64,000 nucleotides of DNA from Bugula neritina (Eukaryota > Animalia > Bryozoa): positions 19,580,767-19,644,766 of the forward strand of contig OZ037766.1 of assembly GCA_964035545.1 (NCBI GenBank), given 5' to 3'. Below are positions 1-15,087 of this stretch, one piece after another (positions within the stretch are counted from its first letter, which is position 1; every line of letters begins with the position of its first letter). The notes beneath the pieces are model-generated. The model saw only the letters and a list, made by a program, of their open reading frames with translations. It was not told the DNA's origin and did no database searches. Position numbers and translations under genes: made by a program.

Positions 1-763
1 AAAATAGATATTTTAAAATATATTCAAATAAGCCCAGAATCTGCAGAATGAAAAGGGCTAACCAATACATATTTCACCGATGAGTCTAAATACTTCAGGA
101 CCATATACCTCTGAGAGACATACTTATTTAATTGTTGCCACAGATCTGTAGAAACTAACAAAAACCTAAACCGAGAATATAGTTTTTCAACTTACAAGTT
201 TTATTAGCAGAAATATTTTTCTATAAAGATAAGCACGATGCCGGATGCAGTTTTCCTATAAAAAATTATTTGAAAAATAATTAAATTATATATATTGTTT
301 ATGGTATGGATATACATATACATGCTCATATTCCATTGCAACATCCACTTTAGAAACAAATATATATTGAATTTAATTCCAGAGTTGATAAAAATTCCAA
401 GATATTTAGCAGTCTGCAGAGATATTTCATTAGACCCGGAGCCTAGCAACTGGATTCACCAGAAACCAACAACAGCCTCTCACATGATATTCAATTCAAT
501 CACATGCAACACTTGAATTTACAGTTCATGGCTAGCCTTAAAAAACTGACCAATAAAAGTATATACGTAGTACAAGCCATCAGAAATATCTGGCAATCTA
601 GTCGAGAATTTGAAAGCTCTGTAAGTAAACAGTTGGGTCTTCATGGGCGAAATATGATGGTTGGCAGATCTCTTGTACAAAATGACTTAGTATGGCCAAT
701 CTCAAATGTTACAGAGCTGTACCAACTAAACACCTTGCTACCATCATACTTCTCTGTGCTGCG

Positions 764-4648
<3,885 letters not shown>

Positions 4649-5449
4649 AATGGTCCCTGCTTCTGTAAAAGAAAAATAACACAGATCTCATGAAATAAAC
4701 AAAATGGAATAATATCAAATTCACAACAAACAATTGGCTCCTACTGCTAGTAATATAATTGGACAACCAACTAATTTTTGATACTAAAAAACTTGAAAAT
4801 TACATAATCTTTGGGACATAAAATATAAAATTGAGGTTTTTGTACCACAGAATAAAACTACTAAAACTCAATTGCTTAAATATAAATGTACAGATTCACA
4901 GCTGTTAAAATTATTTAAAGACACTAAGATTATTTTATTTTATGCTGATATCTAATTTATGTATAACAGTACGCTAACATAATTGCTAAAAGTCTGCTAT
5001 TATGCAATTTTTATAAGTGTTAATACTCATGCTGATTTCATGGTAGGTTATACATGTGACTCCCCTATCATATAATTGGTGAACGACATAGCTTAGCTAT
5101 ATTTTTGTTCTAAAAAGAGAGCTACCTATTACTGCACACATAAGCTAGAAAACATAGTAGTGTCAGCATACAAATGTACTTATACTTATGACTTTTATTG
5201 AAAATCTAGGTCTGAATTGAAGTCTTTATTTGAATAAAGCATCTTATACTAGAGATGTGTTTCAACTCAGAGTGCTAACTGATGAGTTAAGGTCTCAACA
5301 GCTGAGAGACCAATGTAAAAACCTCAAAATTTATGACAGTGGTGCAACTGAGCTAATCTTAGGACACCAGTTTAACCCGGAGAACAAACATTTGCAAATT
5401 TAGGGTTATGAAATATAGAGAAAAGCCGTCAAAAGATTAGCTTAGGCAC

Positions 5450-6520
5450 TATAGTTTCTACTAGCAAGGCAAAAAAAGTAACCACCACAGGTTGCTCATG
5501 CATACCTGAAGATTTGGCAGTTTGCTATACTTGGCAGAACATGTGTAGTAAAAGCTAACCGATGGGACTTAAATCCCATATCCTTCACTTAAAGAGAGTC
5601 ACTCAAAGATGGAGCTCAGGACTGAGGAAAGACGCACTATGTAGGAAGAGTATTCAATTTTTTTGGTTCTAGCTGCAAGGTGAACTCAAGACAAGCTAGA
5701 CTCTAGAGTCTGTCTCAACAATTTGGAAAAAGCAACTAAAAGAATCCTAGACACCATACATTTATTCAGCATTTTATTATTTACATTTATTTTGACTATC
5801 AGCTAAATACAAGCATATTAGTTTTATGATAAATTTTGTGCATACATGTCTTAAATTAGTTAGGAATGATGACTCACTGGCTGATGATGGCATTATCCAA
5901 CTAATACTAATTATTGCCAACTGTGACTTTAGCAATATATTTTCATTGTCTTTTCAGTTAGCAGCATATACCCGAATCAATATGAATTTACTTGCACATA
6001 CTTGAGCAAATCAATGCATAGAATAGTGCTGTCTGTTTGAAGATTATGTAAACATGGAATTATTAAAACTAATGGGTAGTTTATTAGTTAGCAACATGGA
6101 AAACAAGAAAGATTTCTACAGCTAACTTAGAGAAGCTCGTTCTACAGTCCCTAGGAAAAATAAGCTGATCTTAACAGAACAGTTCAATGCCAGAGTTGGA
6201 TGTGAACAGGATAAATGAGAAAGTGTTATTGGCTCACATGGTACCAGGAAGTGAAACTATAATGGGGAACTGTTGCTCACACTGTGTTCTAAGTGCAGAT
6301 TAGCAATCACCAATGCTGCTTTTAAGCACACAAAATATTATAGTCACTTGGATGCACCCTTGAATTAGGTACTGGCACCTATTGGATTATGTAATTAAGA
6401 AGATTAAAATGATATCAATGACAACAATGTTATGAGAGGGGCCTATCATGGGACAGATCATCAGATGGTCAGACCTAAAGCGGCTTTTTCAGTTACGAGG
6501 GCACACAGAAGAAAAGCAAA
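5450..6520 (+). mobile_element. Heavily degraded AP-endonuclease region of an RTE-clade LINE
   Basis: Broken frames give FNARVG, NGELL, AITN, WMHP, WHLLDYV and MRGA..GTDHQMV (6090-6500), typical of RTE/BovB endonucleases. A weaker N-terminal trace lies near 5600-5680. Many stops and frameshifts; boundaries approximate. Confidence 0.65.
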
Positions 6521-6769
6521 ACTAAGGAGCAAAAGAAAAAAAGGCCTAGTTGGAAAAAGAAATGGACAGGGCACTGAGAGCATATGGGTGTGGAAGCACA
6601 ACAAACAACTTTTCAGACTGAAACGGAAGTCTTAAACAGAAAAAGCATGCGAGAAGCTTAAAGAATCTCAGACACACTCAATTTATGCAGTATTAAAATA
6701 TATATCTTAGCTATCATCTACACTCTACATATTGATTAAGGGCTGTAAACTCAAACCAGCCTAATTGTT

Positions 6770-7372
6770 AGTAATACTAACAGCAATACTGATAATAATA
6801 ATACTGATAGTAATACAAATCTTTAGAATTATAAAACTCATACTGTAGAGCTAAACATAATATTATTATTACTATATCTATTGGTTGGGAAATGATAAAT
6901 AAAAATTATTTAATTAATATTATAAATTACAATAATGGTATATATTGTCAGACTGATACTTAAACTATCAATTACTATTATTATTGGTATTACTCATTAC
7001 TGTACTAGTAAATGTAATGCTAATAATAATAGTATGTGCAAGTTGAAATAGACTAAAAGTAACACTGACTAAATCATTTACATCTAATTTTACTTTTGAG
7101 TAAATCCAAATGTAATACCGAATACAAATGTTAATACCACTATCATTATCAAAATGACTCGAATATGGAATACTGATGCAGCATTAAATTATATTTATAT
7201 TCTTACCACTTAAGAGTTTAGGTGTATACTATGACATTGACTGTCACTATAAGACTAAGTTATACTATAACTATAAGTATAACTACGAGGTAAACTTAAT
7301 GTAAATGTATACTCAGTATAGTCTAAGTCAACTGCTTATGAAATACTAATACTAATAGACAATAGTAATAGT
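6770..7372. repeat. Degenerate TAA/TAG/TAC low-complexity tract
   Basis: Imperfect AATACT/TAGTAA iterations next to the RTE 3' tail. Confidence 0.55.
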
Positions 7373-9850
7373 ATCATCACCATCATAGCAGTCTGTCGGT
7401 GCGATAATGGCTATTCTCACTTTGGTTTAATCAGACATTTCCATCTGTCTCTACATTTAGCTTTCCTTTGCCAGCTATCTTTGTTCATGTCTATCTATTT
7501 CATATTTTGCTTTACAGTGTCTTTAAATCTCAATCTGGGCCTTTCTTGGTTACGTTTACCTTCTTTCAGCTGCGAATAAAGAAGTTGTCTAGGTAAACGG
7601 CTATGGTCCATCTTCTCGAGATGTCCTAGCTATCTCAAGTTTATTTGAACGAGGATAAATTTTAAAGATGGTAAATTAGCTCTTTTTAGTACTTTGTGGT
7701 TAATAATCTTGTCCCTCCAAGATATACCATGATTGAGCGCAGATGTCGCACGACATGCTTGCACGCTGTATATGTTCTAGGCCTCAGCGCCATAAAGTAG
7801 GGCAGCGAGTACCGTAGCACGATATACCTGACACTTGACTTTGATTGAAACATGATGATTGGTCCAAAGTCTGGTTTTCAACTTTCCATACACCGCACTA
7901 GCGCTTCCTATTCTCAGAGAAATTTCATTATTTAGTTTAGCATTGACAGCTACTGTGCTTCCAAGGTACTTGAAGGTTTGACACTTTTTCAAAGGTTCTC
8001 CATTGATGGCTATGGTGTTTGACTGAGATGTCCCACTTTGAAATTTTAGATGCTGATAGAGGCATTATGTCTTTTTGATAGTAATTTTAAAACTAAAATC
8101 TTTTGCAGCATTGGCAAATCTGTTGACCAGAGTCTGTACATCATCAGAATTATGGGCCACTAAAGCACTATCATCAGCAAATAACAAGTCTCTAACTCAG
8201 TAGTGGCTTTAGTTTTAGACTTGAAATGAGTAACATCAAACAGGTTTGTCTCTATAGTTTTTATGTATACTTCTTATGAGCTGTCTTTAAAGGCAACCTC
8301 AAGGATGGCTGACAGGTAGAGTGAGAAAAGTGTTGGCGCAAAAACACACTCTTGCTTGACTCCATTTGTTACTGCAAAATTAATTGAGATGAAACCGCTC
8401 ATTGCCACATTTGCTTGCACGGCTGTATGAAGTCTTCAATAATGCGGGTGAACTTTTCTGTGCAGCCAAACCTTTTAAAGACTTGCCAAAGGCCTGCTCT
8501 AGACACAGTGTCAAATGCTTTGCTGAAGTCAAAGAATACTATGTAGAGTGGCATATTCTGTTCTATGCACTTCTCTTGCACTTGCTTCAAACAGAAGACC
8601 ATATCAATTGTGCTTCTTCCACTCCTGAAACCACACTGAGACTCCGGTAGTACCTCTGGGGAAATATGGGCATTTAGCCGATTTAATAGTATGCAAGAAA
8701 AAATCTTGCCTAAAATAGGTAGAAGGGATATGTCCCGGTAATTCCCACACTTTTTTCTATCGCCTTTCTTAAATAATGGGATAATGCTTGCATTTTTTCA
8801 TTCTTGTGGAACAGTCTCGGTATCCCACACACTCTGTATTAGCTTAAAAAGACAACCTGTCATTTTCTGACCACCATACTTCCATACCTCAGATGTAATA
8901 CCATCTCTGCCAACAGCTTTTCCATAATGCATTGACCTAATTGCTGACAAGAACTCCTCAATATTGAGAGCATCATCCAAAAGTGCAACAGGTGGCCTCT
9001 GCACTATCTTGTTTTTTGCAGCTTCATCTAGCTTTCCTGGTATGTTGAGCAATTGGTTGAAGTGATCAGAGAATCTTGCTAATATTTTTTGCTTTCCTTG
9101 TAAAACTGTGGCTCTATCGTGGTCATGGAGTTGGATCACTCTTCTTGATTTCGGACTATAAGCTTTTTTTAATCCTAAATAGAATGCTTTCATGTCTCCT
9201 CCGCTTGCTGATATTTGAAGTTCTATTGCTTTTTCTTCTCACCATTTACTTTTCATTTTTTTGGTATACCTCTGAAGACTGCACTGTGTTTTTGAGTAGG
9301 TCTTTCTTTTCAATCTGGTATTACACTGGGAGAAGGCTTGTCTTGCCTTGTTTCTCTTCTCAATCAACTCTCGTAGCAGTTTATCATGATCATTAAACCA
9401 ATCCTGATGTTTACGGCCTTGCTTCCCAAGCACTTCACTAGCAGTTGAAAACACTGTTTTCTTCAAAACTTTCCACGTTTGATCTATGTCATCCTTGTTA
9501 TTCCGAGCGACGTCCGAGCCGGCATGAATTTGCTTTTGACGTACCATTTAATGAAAACTGCTTGCAAGGGACTTAAGGTACTACTGGCTTTTGTATGACC
9601 AATAGCACACACTTGGCAGAGAAGAGGGTATCAATGGCAAGGACAAGCCTAGACAGACTTACCTGTTATCTGTTGCAGTGACTGACCAAGAGATAAGTAT
9701 GTTAACCCCTGCTCCTTTGGAAGTGTGTGTCACCTCACACTGACTGGCAAGGCCCACCACAGACCTAAGAACTGGATGTCAGTTTAGTTGATGACCACTT
9801 GACCCATAGAACAGGTTGTACCGGTTTTCATGGTTATCCGATAACAGGCA
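7373..9850 (-). mobile_element. RTE/BovB-like LINE, decayed reverse transcriptase
   Basis: ORF pieces 9239-9547, 8798-9193, 8399-8602 (QEKCIEQNMPLYIVFFDFSKAFDTVSR) and 7777-7992 (FKYLGS..LLYGAE); RT motif RDLLFADDSAL at ~8165-8195; (TGA)n-like tail at 7373-7386. 9550-9850 may be UTR-like sequence joined after an internal deletion (uncertain). Confidence 0.88.
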
Positions 9851-10125
9851 TACTAATAGTAATACTAATATAAATTATAATACTAATAGCATAACTATAA
9901 GTATTACTATTAGCATTACTATTAGTAGGCCTATTACTATTACAGTAATACCATTATAGTATTAGTATGACTATTGATAATATTAATACCATTAGTATTA
10001 CTAATACTATAGTAATAGTAATAGTATTACTATTAGTATTAGTATTACTATTAGACTTGGTAAATGTAATACCAATAGTAATACTAATATTAATAGTAAT
10101 ACTATAGTATACTATACTATACTAT
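9850..10125. repeat. TAG/TAA/TAC low-complexity repeat
   Basis: Degenerate trinucleotide and hexanucleotide iterations between two LINE fragments. Confidence 0.75.
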
Positions 10126-11100
10126 CTGTCTCATGCAAAGTTAGTCTATATGCTGACGACACACTTCTATATGCTGAAGTTAACAACAAAATACAACAGG
10201 GAGCCTTTCAGAGAGACCTAAACTCACTTTATAACTGGTCACTTAATTGGAAAATGCCAATTAATATCGATAAGTGCAAAGTGATTATATTTGGTAAAAC
10301 TGATGACACCTCCTGTTTATATTCACTTGGTGACACCACTCTTAGAACAGTTAAAAGGGCCAAATATCTTGGTGTAATCATGCAGTCTAACCTAAAGTTT
10401 AACAGATATATTACATCTAAAGTCAACAATGCAACCAAAATACTTGGCTGTATCAAGCATACAATCTGCAGTGCACCTATGAGGGCAAAATTAATCGCAT
10501 ACCTCAGTCTATGTAGACCTATCCTTGAGTAGGCGGACACGTTGTGAGATCCGACTAACAAAAGTGCCTGTGAGGAAATTGCATATGTTCAAAATCAAGC
10601 CATTAAGTTTATTGCTAACCTCAAAGGAAGATGTGGCATGAGTGACGCTCGAACTGAATTGCAGCTTAAAACTCTTGCGAGCAGACGAAGAGACCACAGA
10701 ATAACTTTGCTAATGAGAATACTTTCAGATGAAGAGCGCCACGAAACACTTTCATCTGCTTATCACGAACTATTAAATTCAAATCGGTTAATAAACACTC
10801 GATCTGCTGAGAGAAGAGAACCAACATCAATTTCTGCATCCTCACAGACCTTTCACAACAGTTTTCTCCCTCGAAGCATTAGAGATTTGAGGATACCACC
10901 TCATAACACACACTCAGCTTAGCTATGTGCTAAAACCCTTTACATTACAGTTAAAATATCCAAATTTAGATATATGCTAGAATAGATACATTTCAACACA
11001 TGATAATCCCAAACAAAAACAACATAAGAGGCGCTCGTAATTTAGGTGTAGGTGTTACAAGAGTGGTCTAAATTTTACGAGGTGAGTTACGAGATGAGTT
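10126..11100 (+). mobile_element. 5'-truncated CR1/L2-group LINE (RT C-terminal half and 3' end)
   Basis: Begins at VSLYADDTLLY; continues NIDKCKVI, KYLGV, AYLSLCRPILE*A..W; ends FHNSFLPRSIRDL. In-frame stops mark it as dead. 3' boundary approximate. Confidence 0.85.
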
Positions 11101-11510
11101 AACAATAAATGTAATACTAATACTAATAGTAATACCAATACTTACTAATAGTAATATTAATAGTAAGAGTAAAACTAAATGTAATACTGATAGTAATAGT
11201 AATACTAATACTAATAGTGAAATAAATACTTTAAGTTTATAGTTTAACTTTATACCAAGTCTAATAGTAATACTGTAATACTAATAGTCAATTAGTTATA
11301 GTGATACTATTAGTATTACTAATACTTATACTATTAGTATTAGCATTAGTATTAGTATTAACTATTATTTGAGCCTGAGTTTTTATTAAAATATTTTAAT
11401 CAATATCATCAATTAAATTTAATATTAATAATTATTATAATTATTATTTATCATAATAATAATTATAAATTATTAATTATTATTATATGATAATGATAAG
11501 TCATAAGTTT
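11101..11510. repeat. AT-rich TAA/TAG low-complexity tract
   Basis: Degenerate (TAGTAA)/(TACTAA)/(ATT) iterations. Confidence 0.65.
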
Positions 11511-12158
11511 ATCATTCTGATTTTGAAACAATCATTTTTAAAGCTAAGTTGATTAGTTACTACCACATTTTGATTTAGTAATTACTAAATTACACGATTA
11601 CTAACACTATAAGTATAACTTCAAGAACTTTGTTAGTACTGATAGTCAAAGTCACTTAGTGATAGTATTCAAGTATTGTACAGTAAAACTAAACGCAACG
11701 GTGGAAGAGGAGTAGACGGAGTCCTAGCCACATGAAAACAAAACGTAACGCACTTAACGAATTTTGCCAGGGCCGTTTGGAGAAGATTAGGTGAGGAACG
11801 ACTGAGTTCGTCTAAAATCTGTTTAAAGTGACGTTAATGGCGCTTTTGACCTTCACCGTGAAGACATCCTTGTGCCGCTTTCTGTGCCGCGAAGTTTATA
11901 TAAGTTATAAAGGGAAAGTTTTGCTACATTTGTTATTTTATTATTATTTTCATTTTATAGGTACAACTTTTTTAATTTTGCTTATTGTGGTATAGTTTCT
12001 AATCACATTGTGTATGCAACTGAAATGTAAACACAAAAAGTGACACTGCAAAGATTTGGTATTATTCTCTCACTTTGTTAGTTTTATATCGAAAGGATAA
12101 CTCTGCACCTGACCGAAACATGATGCAGTAAGCATCATGCAGTAAGCAGTAAGCATCA

Positions 12159-14049
12159 TGTCGTTATGATGGCACCACCGCGACAACCAATGGGATGTAG
12201 ATAACAATTAGTAATAGGCGGAGCTGCCAATGTATAGTGGAAGCTTGTCTGATAGCTTGGCCGGCAGAGAGGACTGGATTGTAGCAATGTAAAGTCGTGT
12301 ACTAATAGCTCTCTATTATGTAACAGTGTGTGTTAGTTGTTATAGCTTTTAATTCTGTATAATTAGCAATAAATAAACTCTATTCAATTCGTTATAAACC
12401 TGGTGAAGTGGCTTTGAATAAGTAGACCCACTGATTGCAGTGAATCATAAATTCACAACAGTGGTGGGAGCGGTGGGATTTTCTTATTGCAAATGCTCCT
12501 AGCCAGGGAGTAAAAGATGGCCGACGACGAGGACATACTCTGTCAGGAACCGGTAGCTATGGAGGACGACATAGGAGGCCCAGCGCTGCCTATGAAAAGG
12601 TATCATTTGCGTGCTCCCATTTTCTCAGGAGAAGAGAATGTGGAGCAATTCATCACTGAGTTCAGTGATGTGGCGGCCATCTGTCGATGACCTGCCAGGG
12701 TTACCCTGATCCAGCTACGGTTGTGTCTGACAGGGCCGGCCAAACCCTATGAGATAGGCCAAAACGTCGACGATATTTTTGAGGCATTGAGAGCCCAGTT
12801 CGGGCTAACTGCTCGAGATGCTCTTTTGCAGCTCCAAGGGCTTAGGAGAAATCCTAAGACTACCTTGCGAGAGCACGCAACCATAATAGAACGGCTAGCA
12901 CAAGTCACTTATAGTGGCTTGCCTGCGAATGGTCGGCACAGTTTGGCACTAGATGCTTTCCTCCAGTCTATTAACAACCTAGGGCTGAAGCAACACCTGC
13001 TGGTAGCTGAGGTTGAGACCATGGAGCGAGCTCTCAGGCTTGGGAATGCTTATTTCCAAGCCGACAGTATGGGCCGGCCCGGGATGACAGTGCAGCAGGT
13101 CGAGGCCGACGACTATGTGTCGACGTTGACGTCGTCGGCCAAGACGGCTGTACATGTCGCCACGGCGGCAGCCAACGAGCTGACTAGCTTGACCACAAGC
13201 CTATATGGCGAGCTGTTAGCCGAAATCAGGCAACTACGCCAAAAGTCGACAGCTGAGCGACCCACCAGGTCGCCGGCAGCTGTCGACGGCAGGCGGGGCC
13301 CGCATGCTGGGGTTGTGGTAGTAGTGGGCACTTCGTACGAAGCTGCCCCCACGGTAGAGGGAGGCAGTTAAACGGAAATGGCCCACGGTAGACTCTGCCG
13401 ACTGTGGGCCTCGGTTTAACCCTCCGAGGTCAAGGCCAAAGCCCAAACCCAATCGGGTGAGGAGGCCGCCTTCGCCAGAGTGGCAAGCCCCAAGAAAAGT
13501 TAGCAGACCGCAATGCCCGCCAAAACCTCCGGCTTGGGCACTCAAAAACCGCTTTGAAGGTTTGCCTGATGAGGGGATGTACGACGAGTGGGAGCGAGAC
13601 AGGGGCTTCCCTCAGTTGCCCACACGAGCGCAAGACTGAGCATTCACTCGGCCGCCCGTGTGTGAGCAAGATCGAGATGTAACCCGCTTGCCCACTAGAC
13701 GTCGTCGACCCCCTCGCAACCAAAAAGCCCAGGTGCATTTCAAACTCCATGCACACGAGGTGTCACCTCCAGAGACGAACCGCTCAGTGAGTGCCCAGCC
13801 ATATGAAAGCAGTTATTTCCTCCCCGGTAAACTTGCCGGAAAAGCTGCCACTTTCCTATTGGATACTGGGTGTGCCACAAATCTCCTGAGCCGGCGTCTG
13901 TTTGACACACTTAGTGCTAGGGACCGGGCTAACATGGAGCCATATGAAAGGGAACACGGACGGGTCGTGTATTCTTTTTTATGGCGTGATAGAGTTGACT
14001 GGTAGAGTCCGTGATCAAGTGATCAGCGATCGAGACCTTCATCGTCAAT
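12159..14049 (+). mobile_element. Truncated Gypsy LTR retrotransposon A (5' LTR, PBS, gag, protease)
   Basis: Putative LTR TGTCG...CAACA 12159-12460; PBS TGGTGGGAGCGGTGGGATT 12462-12480 (tRNA-Leu-like); gag from ATG ~12517 with an internal stop and a frameshifted CWGCGSSGHFVRSC knuckle; protease FLLDTGCATNLL ~13860; breaks off at ~14049. Confidence 0.85.
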
Positions 14050-14520
14050 GTGAGACTTCTACGGTTGCGTCTTAACTCAGTACCACCTGCGTCTTGAACA
14101 GTGTAAGATCTCGGTGTGCACTGTTGGATAACTACTGCATCCCTGTTCAAGTCTCTAATTCTCACCTTGTCGCCTCGTTTCAACCGGGGAAGTGGTGCAA
14201 CTTCATATCTAATATTAAAATTCTCTTTCACTTGACTGCGCTTCAACTTTCTTTCTCCTGAACTGCCAATCTCTTCACAGGCTGAGGGACTAACAGCTTA
14301 GGAACTGCGGGAACAGTAGTCTTCAGCTTTTGGCCCAGCAACAGCTCAGCAGGAGACAAGCCATGCTCCAGAGGAAAAGATCGATAGGCCAACAGCGCAA
14401 GGTATGGATCTGCCTCTTTTTTGAGCAGGGACTTGACTGTTTGGACAGCCTTCTTAGTCTGATGATGCTTTGGTGACCTAGTGACATGGGCAAGCTGGTA
14501 AGAAGAAACAAACAAAGAAT
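14050..14520 (-). mobile_element. Integrase C-terminal fragment of a different Mag-like Gypsy element
   Basis: KAVQTVKSLLKKEADPYLALLAYRSFPLEHGLSPAELLLG...PRSYTVQ..ELRRNRRSL across ORFs 14243-14515 and 13929-14246. Confidence 0.85.
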
Positions 14521-14732
14521 AGTTAAGGGCAACCTTTTAGTTCTAGCTGCTATGCTCATGATGCAAAAGGATTGATGCATTGTACGAGGAGCTCTCCCTG
14601 ACAGTCTAGCCGATTTAGGCTGTTTGCCAATTGGATCTTCCCCAGCATCTCTTCCACTAGTCCCAGTCCAACTATTCTCTTGCAGTTGACCTTGCAGAGC
14701 AGTGCAGCCTGAGACCGTCTGGGTGTGCCGAC
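14521..14732 (-). mobile_element. Inverted post-protease pol fragment of the Gypsy A/C family
   Basis: IQLANSLNRLDCQGELLVQCINPF matches IQLANSLNRLDMRGEILVQCVNLF at 22460-22530 of element C. Confidence 0.8.
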
Positions 14733-14792
14733 ACTAATTTTGCTATTAAGCAAAATTAGTTAAATTCAGGCATATATTGTTAATATGGTCTC

Positions 14793-15053
14793 TGTAGTAT
14801 AATGTTGTTTACAATTGCTGAGTTATTTATATACTTAACAGTAATATGTTATTAATACATATGATGTCGTAGATTTGTGATTCATTCCTATGTTATATAT
14901 ATATACCTTACACTTATGACCAGCAGCAGTTCTTTCTATGCTGTCAAGCTGTATACTTTATACCTTACAATAATAAACGTCACGATACATTATTCCAATG
15001 GTCTCATCTTAATTATTACCCACGCAAACGTACAACAAACAAGAAACATTACA
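14793..15053 (+). repeat. 5' LTR of Gypsy element B
   Basis: Direct repeat of 19220-19480; contains AATAAA; followed by the PBS. Confidence 0.95.
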
Positions 15054-15087
15054 TGGTGTCAGAAGTGTGTGACCTGAAAGAAGAATA

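Noticed and set aside
5450-9850. Endonuclease (+) and RT (-) remnants as one twin-primed, 5'-inverted LINE
   Set aside because: The endonuclease piece lies beyond the 3' tail of the minus-strand element, the wrong side for twin priming, and is much more decayed.
12120-12160. Small CATGATGC/GCATCATG hairpin with GCAGTAA duplications before LTR A
   Set aside because: Short slippage-type repeat with no support for function.
14877-15077. Near-identical small ORFs at 14877 and 19304
   Set aside because: Incidental frames inside the two LTRs with non-ATG starts; not a duplicated gene.
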